A stretch of DNA of 64,000 nt from positions 160,001 to 224,000 of the forward strand of contig JBBQFN010000002.1 in NCBI GenBank assembly GCA_038321985.1, written 5' to 3'. The position numbers and the translations under genes are program-made. The notes beneath the pieces were generated by a model. The model saw only the letters and a program-made list of their open reading frames with translations. It was not told where the DNA came from and did not search any database. The stretch's first letter is position 1. Each line of letters opens with the position of its first letter. The DNA is from Cyanophyceae cyanobacterium. Its GTDB lineage: Bacteria > Cyanobacteriota > Cyanobacteriia > Cyanobacteriales > Laspinemataceae. This document shows, piece after piece, positions 21,005-31,011 of this stretch.

Positions 21005-23548
21005 ATGACTCAAATGCTCGATCGCCAACCGGCTGGTTTATATGTTCAAACTTCCGACTCTCCGCAAATTGCTTTTCCTCTAAAACATACGGAAGTCATT
21101 GCCCAAGTTGCCGGAAATCTCTCTCGGGTAGAAGTGATTCAAACCTTTGAAAATCCCTTTTCCACTACTTTAGAAGCGGTTTACGTTTTTCCGCTACCGG
21201 ATGAAGCTGCTGTTGATGAAATGTTAATTAAAATGGGCGATCGCACGATAAAAGGTTACATCAAACAACGGGAAGAGGCTCAACAAATTTATGAACAAGC
21301 CAAGCACCAGGGACGCACTGCCGGACTCTTAGAACAGCAACGGGATAATATTTTTACTCAATCTTTGGCAAATATCCAACCCGGTGAGCAAATTGAGGTA
21401 ATTATTCGCTATTCAGCGAGCCTGCAATTTGAGGGGGGAAATTATGAGTTTGTGTTTCCAATGGTGGTAGGTCCCCGCTATATTCCCGGCACTCCTATTG
21501 GAGACAATGCGGTAGGTTCGGGTTCGGCACCAGGACCGATGTCTCTGAATCAAGATACGGATTTAGTGCCAGATGCTTCTCAATTAAATGCTCCCATTTT
21601 GCCGGCGGGGACTCGTTCGGGTCATGATATTAAGGTGACGGTAGAAATTGAGGCGGGGGTGGAAATTAAAGCAGTGAGATCGCCTTCTCATCAACTCCAA
21701 ATTTCCTATCAGGGAGAACGGGTTCGAGTTGTTTTATCTGCTAGTGATACTATCCCCAACAAAGACTTTATTCTCCGCTATCAAGTAGCGGGAGAAACGA
21801 CTCAATCCACCCTGCTAACCCAAGCCGATGACAAAGGCGGGCATTTTGCTCTATATCTCATTCCCGCCATCAATTATGCTGCCGAACAAGTTGTCCCCAA
21901 AGATATGGTATTTTTGATAGACACTTCTGGTTCTCAAATGGGTCATCCGTTGGGCCAATGTCAAGAACTAATGCGCCGGTTTATCCAAGGAATTAACCGG
22001 AATGACACCTTTAGTATTATCGATTTTTCTAATACGACTCAACAGCTTTCTCCGGTTCCTCTCCCGAATACCCCCCAAAATCAAGCCCGGGCTATTTCTT
22101 ATATCAATCAGTTGACTGCTGGAGGGGGAACAGAAATGTTACGCGGCATTCAAGCGGTGTTAAATTTTCCCGTAACTGATCCGGGACGGTTGCGGAGTAT
22201 AGTTCTCTTAACTGATGGATATATCGGTAATGAATCTCAAATTTTGGCGGAGGTGCAGCGCCATTTACAACCGGGTAACCGTCTCTATAGTTTTGGTGCG
22301 GGAAGTTCAGTCAATCGGTTTTTACTTAATCGAATTGCGGAACTCGGACGGGGGATTTCTCGGGTGATTCGTTATGATGAAGCACCGGATGAGGCGGTAG
22401 AACAGTTCTTTCGGCAAATTAATAATCCGGTCTTGGCAAATATTCAGGTAACCTGGGAAGGTGAGGGAGAGTCTCCCCTAATTTATCCCGCGATCGCACC
22501 GGATTTATTTGCAGAACAACCCCTAGTCTTATTTGGATGTAAACCGGATGCTGCTGCCGGGACATTACATCTGTCGGGAATCGCTGCGGGAGGTACTCCC
22601 TATCAGCAACGGTTTGAGGTAAATTTTGAGCGCGGGGGAAATCCGGCAGTCGCCCAATTGTGGGGACGGTCCCGTATTAAAAACTTGATGAATCGGATGG
22701 TAAGTGGGGAAACTAAGTCCGGAGTCGAGGCAGTAACGGAAACGGCGATCGCCTATCAATTACTCTCCCACTATACGGCGTTTGTTGCCGTTAGCGATGA
22801 GGTACGAGTAAATAGTCCTGAGACATCGATTTCGGTGCAAGTGCCGGTGGAAATGCCCGAAGGAATGAGCTATCAGGGCATTTTTGGCTCGATGGGTACA
22901 GTTGTACAGGCATCTCCCCCAGAGTTGAAGGGTCAGATGTCTCGTCAGCGTCGGATGGCATCGAGTGCCCCCTTAGAAGTCGATTTTGTTCAGGAACGCT
23001 TAGAGTCCCAACCTCCCACACCCCCATCGTTTCCATCCCTTGCAAAGCCCTCCATACCCTCAATGCCGCAACAGTTTTTGAAAAAGGTGCGATCGCTGAT
23101 TCCGGGACAATCTCCTGCAACAGCAGGGAATAATGTTCCTGATGCTGAGGAAGAACTACCAGGGGTAAGTTTCGATGAGTCAAAACTGGATGTCATCCCT
23201 CAATTTGAGACAGCGCCAGAATCCGGAGCACTACAGTTGAACGCGCCAGCACCGGCAATGTCGTCATTGGGGTTAGAGGTTGTGAGGGTGACGGGATTAG
23301 AACCCGAGGAGATCGCCTTGCTGACACAACATCTGCAATCGGTGCAGCTTCCCCCGGGGTTGAGTGGGGAACTCCTGTGGGAGTTGCTAATCACTCAAGG
23401 ACGAGTAAAACGGGTGATTCTGGATGAGGATCAGTCTTCTGTAGAAAATCAAGAACTTGTAGAGGCCATCCGGCGATCGCTCTTGACTTGGCGATCGCAG
23501 CTTTCCCTATCTACTACCGTACTGCTCAGGGTGCGGATTTCCTCCTAA
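21005..23548 (+). CDS. VIT + von Willebrand A domain protein with C-terminal after-VIT-like domain
   Basis: VIT motif F.NP....LEAVYVFPLPDEAAV; MIDAS DTSGS, GGTE, LLTDG; LLS.YTAFVAV; Pro-rich linker. Confidence 0.92.
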   Translation: MTQMLDRQPAGLYVQTSDSPQIAFPLKHTEVIAQVAGNLSRVEVIQTFENPFSTTLEAVYVFPLPDEAAVDEMLIKMGDRTIKGYIKQREEAQQIYEQAKHQGRTAGLLEQQRDNIFTQSLANIQPGEQIEVIIRYSASLQFEGGNYEFVFPMVVGPRYIPGTPIGDNAVGSGSAPGPMSLNQDTDLVPDASQLNAPILPAGTRSGHDIKVTVEIEAGVEIKAVRSPSHQLQISYQGERVRVVLSASDTIPNKDFILRYQVAGETTQSTLLTQADDKGGHFALYLIPAINYAAEQVVPKDMVFLIDTSGSQMGHPLGQCQELMRRFIQGINRNDTFSIIDFSNTTQQLSPVPLPNTPQNQARAISYINQLTAGGGTEMLRGIQAVLNFPVTDPGRLRSIVLLTDGYIGNESQILAEVQRHLQPGNRLYSFGAGSSVNRFLLNRIAELGRGISRVIRYDEAPDEAVEQFFRQINNPVLANIQVTWEGEGESPLIYPAIAPDLFAEQPLVLFGCKPDAAAGTLHLSGIAAGGTPYQQRFEVNFERGGNPAVAQLWGRSRIKNLMNRMVSGETKSGVEAVTETAIAYQLLSHYTAFVAVSDEVRVNSPETSISVQVPVEMPEGMSYQGIFGSMGTVVQASPPELKGQMSRQRRMASSAPLEVDFVQERLESQPPTPPSFPSLAKPSIPSMPQQFLKKVRSLIPGQSPATAGNNVPDAEEELPGVSFDESKLDVIPQFETAPESGALQLNAPAPAMSSLGLEVVRVTGLEPEEIALLTQHLQSVQLPPGLSGELLWELLITQGRVKRVILDEDQSSVENQELVEAIRRSLLTWRSQLSLSTTVLLRVRISS

Positions 23549-23588
23549 ATCGTTTCAGTGCCTTTAGGTCCTACCCAGAACCCCGGCT

Positions 23589-23616
23589 GTAGAGACGCGA
23601 AATCTCGTGTCTCTAC
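23589..23616. repeat. GTAG...CTAC palindromic dispersed repeat (REP-like)
   Basis: gtagagacgcgaaatctcgtgtctctac. Confidence 0.7.
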
Positions 23617-24382
23617 TCTACCTCGGTTGGAAAACCACTGAAACCCTTTACCTGTCCAAGTTTTTACTGGATATGACACCCTAGAAAGAAAACTTTACAA
23701 TTAATTTTGTTTTTTCTGCCACTAGAGCCTATTCAAAACTAAAGTACCGTGCTATCTTTATTAAACCGCTTTTCCATTAAGCCAAAGGCGGTTGACAGAG
23801 GATGCTGTAGCTCAAACTTCAAACCCTCCCCGGTGGGATGAACTGAAGTCAGTCGATAGCCTGTCCAAAGTCGGACTGGAGAGTAAGAAAAATTTGCCTG
23901 TACTCAGGTGGCAGCGGCGATCGCTCTCCTGACACTACAGTGCTTGAGTCTTAGAAACAGACCATTGGCTGAAATCTCTGGTAAACATCCATCCCCGTTG
24001 GTTTCGGTGGGAATGGACAGATCGATTGATTGGACTCAGAGAAAGAAAACCCGAGAAATCTTCAGCTTAAACTTTTGAGTTGAGTCTCGCCGTTAACCGC
24101 ATCAAAGAGTATTTACCAATTCCGAGAAGTTCCAGACCTCTTTCGTCGGGCACAGGTAGGGGAAAAAGGGTACAGTTTGCACTACCCGAAAAACCCACAA
24201 ACCCAGAAGCCCGAGCAATTGTTGCAGGCTAGACCCTAGAAAGGCCAGTCTTGAGGGAATCAAAATTTGGATAAAAATCACCTTAGACTCTGCTATTTTC
24301 CCTGTCTGGGGGTAGAGGTACTCTGGGGATTGAACCCGAATAATCATAATTAATAACAAAAAAAAGGGTGGAACAAAAAGTC

Positions 24383-24598
24383 ATGAAACTTTATAGCAAT
24401 TACGGACACTTAGTTAAGTTTTTACAAGAAGAGTTGGCCCTTTCGCCCTCTTCAATCGATATGGCGCTGCGTCATGGAGAGCAAAATCTCGGCCCTTTAC
24501 CGATGATCCTGTGGCAGTATGGCTTAGTTTCCCTAGAACAACTCGAACGAATTTTCGACTGGTTGGAGAACCGAACAGCTATGGACGGAAATCTCTAG
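24383..24598 (+). CDS. DUF2949 family protein
   Basis: FLQEELAL...PLPMILWQYGLVSLEQLERIFDWLE. Confidence 0.9.
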   Translation: MKLYSNYGHLVKFLQEELALSPSSIDMALRHGEQNLGPLPMILWQYGLVSLEQLERIFDWLENRTAMDGNL

Positions 24599-24727
24599 TC
24601 CGAGGATAAATTAGGATGAGAGTTGAGAGAACTAAGGATGCTCGCATCCAGCTAGCTATTCAGGTTTTAACGGGAACATCATCCCCAGCGATCGCATTTT
24701 TATCCGATTTAAATTTAAAGCTCATTT

Positions 24728-24766
24728 AAGATTTCCGCTTCTGAGTTAGAAACGGAAATCTTTTTG
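24728..24766 (+). terminator. Probable terminator
   Basis: aagatttccg..cggaaatctt stem followed by a T-run, between convergent genes. Confidence 0.55.
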
Positions 24767-24933
24767 ATGACTGGATGATGCATTTGGGTTCCCGGACGGA
24801 ATAGGGTCCTTAACCCAGAAAGGGCGACTGCCTTGTAAACGAAATATCCCTGACAAAAATTAGAGCAGCCAAGCCGCAATCCTAAAAAAACTTAAATTTT
24901 AACAACAAAGCCGGGACAAGCCTAGGACTGAAA

Positions 24934-25137
24934 CTAGAGAGGCTGTCGCGAAACTTGCTTCTCAAAGCAAGCTTGGGTGTGGTGCAATAACTGTTCTCGA
25001 CTATCGCTAGCAGTTTGAGTCAGCGTCGGGACTAAATTCCGCGCTTGTAAAGTCATGTGAAGCTGTAGGTGTGCCACATACTCACTGATGTCTTCGCGAA
25101 CGGTAGCGGAGTGATGTTGATTCAGATTGTTAGCCAA
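24934..25137 (-). CDS. Small conserved cyanobacterial protein (67 aa)
   Basis: TTG start with strong RBS (gaaggag); EYVAHLQLHMTLQARNLVP motif recognised from cyanobacterial hypothetical proteins. Confidence 0.75.
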   Translation of the reverse strand: MANNLNQHHSATVREDISEYVAHLQLHMTLQARNLVPTLTQTASDSREQLLHHTQACFEKQVSRQPL

Positions 25138-25556
25138 AGTGTTCTCCTTCCCTCAACTTGCGTCAAGTCCAATATCAATAAAAGTTACCATTACTTGCAC
25201 AAAACGTCTACTGTTGCAACAAACCTTAACGTTGGGGACCCGCTTTTGTAGCGATATGTAACGTTTTAATCGTCATCTCTATCACAAGTTGCGTTAGGAT
25301 GAAAAGCCGAATCAAGAGGAACCCAGGGGAAAAGGGGGTGGCTCCTGAAGTCACACTAGGGACCCCTAAAGACGAGAAAGGTGTAAAAATCCTCAGAACT
25401 TGCTAAAACAAAAATAGGTGCAGCTTTCCTAAGACTCAGAAGCTCAGAAAAACTGCCCTAATTTCCAGGTGCTTTACGAGGTAGCTGACAAAGAGCTATT
25501 GCCTGTACCTTATCGCTCCGGAAACCCTCTAAAACAGACTTGTTGGAGCTGATCTC

Positions 25557-28412
25557 ATGTTGTACTCCCCAGAGAATCTCGACCTACTCAAGCTATTTTT
25601 GGAACATACTCCCCAGGCAGTAGCGATGGTCGATCGCCAGATGCGATACCTGTTTACCAGTCGTCAATGGTTGAGAGAGTGCGGTTTCGACGATCACAGC
25701 GATAGGGGAAGTCTCTCCCCATCCGGCGATACCTTGGAAACCCAGGGAGTTAAGGCTCATGCTTCCGGAGGCGAGTCTCTCCTGGGTCAGTCTCATTATG
25801 AAATCTTACCTCGGTTTGGGAAAGCACAATCTGCAACCCAAAGCTCATCCCCAACATCCCCTAGAGACTCCGGCACTTCCCTCGAACTCTGGAAACAGGT
25901 GCAATCGGTTGGTTTGGCAGGGGAGGTAAAATCCTGGGAGGAAGAGGATGCAGCAGCCGGAGACGGCAATCTCCGAGTCCGGTGGCAGGTGCATCCCTGG
26001 AAAACCGAGTCCGGTGAAATAGGGGGGTTACTGTTATTGCGAGACGCAACACCGAAGACCCCGCAAAATGCCGATCGCCTTTCTTCAGTCAGTCCCCAAC
26101 TATCGAGCAATTCCCATCGGCGATCGCGATCGGACGAAGGCGATCTGCGTCGCCAAAGTCACATTCTCGTTGAACTCGCACGCAGCAAAACTCAGGACAG
26201 CGGAAACCTGGAAGCGGCGATCGCAGAAATTACCGAAGCTGCTGCCAATACCTTAGCGGTAGAAAGAGTAGGAGTCTGGTTATACGATAACAACCGGACC
26301 CAGATTACCTGTATCAATCTCTACGAACGCACTCAGCGCCAGCATTCTTCCGGCAGTCTGTTACTCACTCATCCCTATTCTCAATATTTCCAAGCCTTAG
26401 AAGCCGAACGCGCTATCTCCGTCGATCACGCACTCACCGATCCTAGAACCAGAGACTTAGCCGATACCTACCTCATCCCCCTTAACATTACTTCCAAATT
26501 AGATGCACCGATTCGCATTGGCGGTAAAATTGCCGGGATAGTCTGCTGTGAACATATCGGCACCCCGCGCCGATGGAAATTAGGCGAACGCAACTTTGCC
26601 GCTTCCATCGCCGATTATACCGCCTTAGCCTTAGAAACCCACGATCGCATCAAAACTCAAACTGAACTGGAATCCGCTAACGACCAACTCCAAGCCGTTT
26701 TAGATGCCGTTCCCGGTAGTATTTCCTGGTTTAGCTCCGATCTCGTCTATTTGGGAGTTAATGGATATTTAGCCAAAACTTTTAACGCCAATCCTGAAAC
26801 CTTTCTCGGTAAAAAAATTGGCTTTTTACAAGGGTCTCCTAAATTTAATCACTTAGTCCCGGAGTTTTTTAATAATCCGGCAAAAGAAACACAGCAGGAA
26901 ATCGAAATGACCGTTCGCGGAGTCAATCGTCACTTTCTCGTTGTCTCTCACAAGTATCAACAGGGACAGGCGGCAGTATTTATCGGATTTGATATCACCG
27001 CTCGCAAAGCAGCCGAAGCCGCACTCCAAAAAGCCAATGAAGAATTAGAAACCCGAGTCAGTGCACGGACCAAAGACTTAACTCAGGCGATCGACCAATT
27101 GCAATCCGAAATTTACAACCGAACCCTCCTGGAAGAAACCCGCGACGTCTTAGAATTTTCTATCAATAATGCAGCGGATTCCGTCTTTTGGCTGACTCCC
27201 GATGGCCGATTTTTCTACGTCAACGATGCGGCTTGCATCACGTTGAGCTACTCCCGGAAGGAACTTCTTTCCCTGAGTGTTCATGATATTAACCCGGATT
27301 TACCCGCAGAAGTTTGGCCGGAATACTGGGAGGAAATTAAAGAATTTGGCTCAGTCCGCCTCGAATGCCATCATCGCACCAAGGATCAGCATAGTTTTCC
27401 AGTAGAAATTACGATTAATTATTTTCAAATTAAGGGTAAAGAATACAACTGTATTTTTGCTCGGGATATTACCGAAACGAAACGAGTTGAAGCGGAGCTA
27501 CAAAAAGCAAAAATTACCGCAGAAGCCGCTAATTTGGCAAAAAGTGCATTTTTCGCCAATATGAGCCATGAACTACGGACGCCATTAACCACTATCATCA
27601 GCTATAGTGACTTATTGCAAGAAGATGCCAAAGAATTAGGGGTGAGCAATCGAGACTTTTTTGGGGATTTGCAGAATATTAATAAAGCGGGGAAAGATTT
27701 GTTAGTGGCGATCGATGATATTTTGGATTATTCTAAGATTGAATTGGGTCGCATGGAATTGGAGGTAGAGTGTTTCGAGATTGCCGAGGCGATCGCCCTC
27801 ATCATGGCGCAGATCGAATACAAGTTAGTGACCAATAACAACAGCTTGTCCATGGGAGGGGATGCAGAATGGGGGACCATTTGCAGCGATCGCCCTAAAC
27901 TAGAACAAGTCTTGTGGCACTTATTAGATAATGCCAGCAAGTTTACCCAAAACGGGGCGATCGTCTTGGAAATAACCCGAGAAGATACTCCAGATTTCCG
28001 GGTTTTAAATGCCGCCTCCAAGTATAAAAAACCTGAACTCGAAACCGCTGAGCAATGGATAGTATTTCGAGTCCGAGACAACGGCATTGGCATCACCCCA
28101 GAACAAATGCAGCAGCTATTTGAGCCATTTAGTCAAATCCATAACTCCGAGATCCATCATGCCGCTGGCACAGGATTAGGATTAGCCGTGGCACGTAGCT
28201 TATGTCAACTAATGGGAGGGGATTTATTCGTAGAAAGTAACTCCGGAGAGGGTTCTACTTTCACCGTTTATCTCCCCGCCAATCTGGCTATTATTTCCCG
28301 AGATACGAAGGCGATCGCACCCCCAACCACCACAAATTTTCCTGAATTGCTTCCCCTAGAAGATGAGAATCAGTGGCCTGAAGGAGAAGGATGGGTATTT
28401 GACGATGAGTAA
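25557..28412 (+). CDS. PAS-GAF-PAS-PAS sensor histidine kinase
   Basis: NMSHELRTPL, LLDNASKFT, DNGIGI, GTGLGL; GAF LAVERVGVW..LDAPI..CCEH. Confidence 0.92.
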   Translation: MLYSPENLDLLKLFLEHTPQAVAMVDRQMRYLFTSRQWLRECGFDDHSDRGSLSPSGDTLETQGVKAHASGGESLLGQSHYEILPRFGKAQSATQSSSPTSPRDSGTSLELWKQVQSVGLAGEVKSWEEEDAAAGDGNLRVRWQVHPWKTESGEIGGLLLLRDATPKTPQNADRLSSVSPQLSSNSHRRSRSDEGDLRRQSHILVELARSKTQDSGNLEAAIAEITEAAANTLAVERVGVWLYDNNRTQITCINLYERTQRQHSSGSLLLTHPYSQYFQALEAERAISVDHALTDPRTRDLADTYLIPLNITSKLDAPIRIGGKIAGIVCCEHIGTPRRWKLGERNFAASIADYTALALETHDRIKTQTELESANDQLQAVLDAVPGSISWFSSDLVYLGVNGYLAKTFNANPETFLGKKIGFLQGSPKFNHLVPEFFNNPAKETQQEIEMTVRGVNRHFLVVSHKYQQGQAAVFIGFDITARKAAEAALQKANEELETRVSARTKDLTQAIDQLQSEIYNRTLLEETRDVLEFSINNAADSVFWLTPDGRFFYVNDAACITLSYSRKELLSLSVHDINPDLPAEVWPEYWEEIKEFGSVRLECHHRTKDQHSFPVEITINYFQIKGKEYNCIFARDITETKRVEAELQKAKITAEAANLAKSAFFANMSHELRTPLTTIISYSDLLQEDAKELGVSNRDFFGDLQNINKAGKDLLVAIDDILDYSKIELGRMELEVECFEIAEAIALIMAQIEYKLVTNNNSLSMGGDAEWGTICSDRPKLEQVLWHLLDNASKFTQNGAIVLEITREDTPDFRVLNAASKYKKPELETAEQWIVFRVRDNGIGITPEQMQQLFEPFSQIHNSEIHHAAGTGLGLAVARSLCQLMGGDLFVESNSGEGSTFTVYLPANLAIISRDTKAIAPPTTTNFPELLPLEDENQWPEGEGWVFDDE

Positions 28413-28436
28413 TTTCAAACCGCCTTCATGACTGGT

Positions 28437-28502
28437 GTAGGGTGCGTCAGACCATTAAATTAATGGAATTAGCAATCTCGTAGGACTGTGACGCACCTTT
28501 AC
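28437..28502. repeat. GTAG-type inverted dispersed repeat (REP-like)
   Basis: gtagggtgcgtca ... tgacgcacctttac between convergent genes. Confidence 0.65.
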
Positions 28503-28610
28503 CATCTCATCCAGCACAGAAAGCTATGAGGAATATCAGGGGTAAACCCTACGGCATAGCCAACCCTTTACCTACTCCCCACAAAATGTACCTCCTAACA
28601 GGGGGAACCG

Positions 28611-29390
28611 TTATAGATATCGAGTAAGCTGAATGCGATAACGTTCTTTTTTTGTAACCTGGACTTCTCCAACTTCCAAACGTCCTTTCCCCCGAATGGC
28701 AATTAAATCGTTAGGTTTTACTTGGTAACTGGTTTGAGAGATATCTTTCCAGTTGACGCGGACATCGCCGCTATTAATTAAATCCGCCATTTTGCTGCGA
28801 GACATCCCAAATCCGGCGGAGGCGATCGCATCTAAGCGCATGGATGCCTCTACCGTAGTTAACTCTTTCTTTTTGGGTTCACGAATCTTTAACTCCCCCA
28901 AATCAATGCGCTGAGTTTTCACCGGCACCGATCGCACCTGGGTTAAACTCATTTCAAAAAATTCTACCAGATCCGGCGAGACGATCGCCTGTGCACCCCG
29001 TTCTCCCAGCACAATAATATCCCCGATTTTTTCGCGGACAATGCCGGTAGCAAGGATGGACCCTAAAAAGTCGCGATGAGTGGCGGAATCAAACAAAAAA
29101 TTACCGGCGATTTCTAACGCGGCTAAAGGAACATTAGCAGCCTCTAACGGCAAATCGGAACGGGCGATCGCCACCCGTTGTCGTTCCGCTTGGGGGTATC
29201 CCCCGGAGGCTACCAAATGAACCTCAGTTAGGCGATTAAACGCCGTCTGGGTTTCCACCAGTTCGATCGGGGAGAGAAAATCCGTCACCGCCACTTCCCA
29301 TGTCTTAATGGCGCGATCGGCAAGGTCGAGGGTGCGAGCCATTTGCTCGCGATTTTCAACTCCTTTTAACAATTCTTCCCTTGGCAGCAT
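28611..29390 (-). CDS. S4-domain RNA-binding protein, YlmH/Sll1252 family
   Basis: TDFLSP, GGYPQAER, HRDFLG, ASMRLDAI...SRSK, IRGKGR. Confidence 0.92.
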   Translation of the reverse strand: MLPREELLKGVENREQMARTLDLADRAIKTWEVAVTDFLSPIELVETQTAFNRLTEVHLVASGGYPQAERQRVAIARSDLPLEAANVPLAALEIAGNFLFDSATHRDFLGSILATGIVREKIGDIIVLGERGAQAIVSPDLVEFFEMSLTQVRSVPVKTQRIDLGELKIREPKKKELTTVEASMRLDAIASAGFGMSRSKMADLINSGDVRVNWKDISQTSYQVKPNDLIAIRGKGRLEVGEVQVTKKERYRIQLTRYL

Positions 29391-29675
29391 TCTGGCAATA
29401 ATTCTTTCTTAACAGTAGGGTTTATTTTATCCTTTAGACCCCAAGGGTGACTGGGGAGGTTGAGTAATTTCCCTGGGTATCCTTATTTTAAGCCTTCCCA
29501 TCCTTGATCACCCTAGACGGAGGAATGCTCCTTAAATCTGACTCACCCAGAGCGATCGCACAAGTTCAGTGCCAAAATATTCTTCCTAGGGTGAACCCAA
29601 TCTTGTCCTACCTACGTTACATATTAGAGATGGCTCTTTTTTTCCCCTCAACTAGGGTTGGAGTTTTCAAAATGT

Positions 29676-30281
29676 ATGAACAGTGAAGTCATCCCACAAA
29701 TCCTCGCCTTATTCGATCGCATTGACGAAGAAACTTCGGCATTTCAAGCCGAAACGGGATTAAACTGTCCCCCGGGATGCGGCAAGTGCTGCGAAAATCC
29801 AGATATTGAGACAACAGTCCTAGAAATGATGCCTTTAGCAGTCGAATTATGGCGCACGGGAGAAGCAGTAGCTTATTTAGAACGCCTTGCTACCCTGAAC
29901 GAGTCCCAATCTTGTCTATTTTATCGCCCGGATCCGTTTGTACCTGGAAATGGTCGTTGTAGTGTGTATCTGTGGCGACCAACCCTCTGCCGATTATTTG
30001 CGTTTGCGACGGTGAAGAATAAGCAGGGGGAACCGGAATTGGCTGCTTGTGTGCGGCAAAAGCAGACGATTCCGGAACCAGTAGAAGCAGCAAAAACGGC
30101 GATCGCCTCGGGGATGAGTGCTCCTAATTTTGGAGAAATTGCCACCGAAGTTGCTAATATCGAACCCTCTTTAGGTAGCGAGTTCTTCCCAATTAATCAA
30201 GCATTAGAACGCGCGTTACAACGAGTCGGTCTATTTGCTCACTTGAGTTTTGGAGAGCAGAATAGCGACTCCGTAGCTTAA
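29676..30281 (+). CDS. YkgJ family cysteine-cluster protein
   Basis: CPPGCGKCC, CLFY, CSVY..RP..CRLF. Confidence 0.88.
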   Translation: MNSEVIPQILALFDRIDEETSAFQAETGLNCPPGCGKCCENPDIETTVLEMMPLAVELWRTGEAVAYLERLATLNESQSCLFYRPDPFVPGNGRCSVYLWRPTLCRLFAFATVKNKQGEPELAACVRQKQTIPEPVEAAKTAIASGMSAPNFGEIATEVANIEPSLGSEFFPINQALERALQRVGLFAHLSFGEQNSDSVA

Positions 30282-30350
30282 AACTATCTATTGCCGATAG
30301 GCAGTTCAGAAATGACTGAATTCGTGAGACAAAACCCGAAAGAAATCACT

Positions 30351-30500
30351 AATTTAGTAGTTTCGCGTTTGTAGTAACAAGTTCAGTCGTTTCGCGATTT
30401 CCGGATTTACCAATCTCTACAACCAGTAACTTAGTAGCTTTTCCTTTTATAGTAACGACTTCAGGCATTTCTGAATTTACAAATTTCTAAAAATCATCTT
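30351..30500. repeat. Degenerate tandem duplication (~77 bp) containing TAGTAAC repeat units
   Basis: ttagtag..tagtaac..ttcag..atttc.g.atttac.aat occurs twice. Confidence 0.5.
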
Positions 30501-30504
30501 ATTT

Positions 30505-31011
30505 TTACTCTTCCAAGTAGCTTTTTAAGCCTTCGAGCTCTAGCTTTCGTAAAATCAGACTCGCTTGATTAATGGCACGAGGGGAACCGTTAACAACGAT
30601 AAGGTATTTGCCTCTATTGAGACGATTGCGATAGGGTAAAGCGTCGCCACTCCCAAACGCAACTCCGGCACCGCCTCCGACAAAAAAGCTCCCCATTGCA
30701 CCGGCGATCGCACCGCAGAATCCCCCAATCACATGATTGCCAATTTCACCCGCCCAAATAAAGGTTTGTAAACCCGAAATGATACTAAAAGTGACACCAG
30801 CCGCAAAACCAAAGGGTATCAGCCAAGTTGCCATTAATTTACTTTGTTTAATTGCTTCTTCGTTGGGGTCGATTAAGCCATATTCATCGGCACTTTTATA
30901 ACCCCGACCCAGGATGGAGACTTGGTTAAGGGGAAAGCCTTCTGTTTCAAGGACGGAGTAAGCAGTTTCTGCCTGAATGCGGTCGGATACAACGGCAACG
31001 AGATAGTTCAT
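30505..31011 (-). CDS. Conserved membrane protein, two Gly-rich TM helices
   Basis: ILGRGYKSADEYG..DP; two TMs; GDALPYRNRL..GKYL. Confidence 0.8.
   Translation of the reverse strand: MNYLVAVVSDRIQAETAYSVLETEGFPLNQVSILGRGYKSADEYGLIDPNEEAIKQSKLMATWLIPFGFAAGVTFSIISGLQTFIWAGEIGNHVIGGFCGAIAGAMGSFFVGGGAGVAFGSGDALPYRNRLNRGKYLIVVNGSPRAINQASLILRKLELEGLKSYLEE

Noticed and set aside
21005..23548. VIT-vWA gene as part of a DGR or MoxR-vWA operon
   Set aside because: No reverse transcriptase, TR/VR pair or MoxR AAA+ gene in the window
25247..25262. NtcA box upstream of the 67-aa ORF (TGTAGCGATATGTAAC)
   Set aside because: Reads GTA-N8-TAA rather than TAC, and the nearest -10-like hexamer is only 19 nt away; too weak to call
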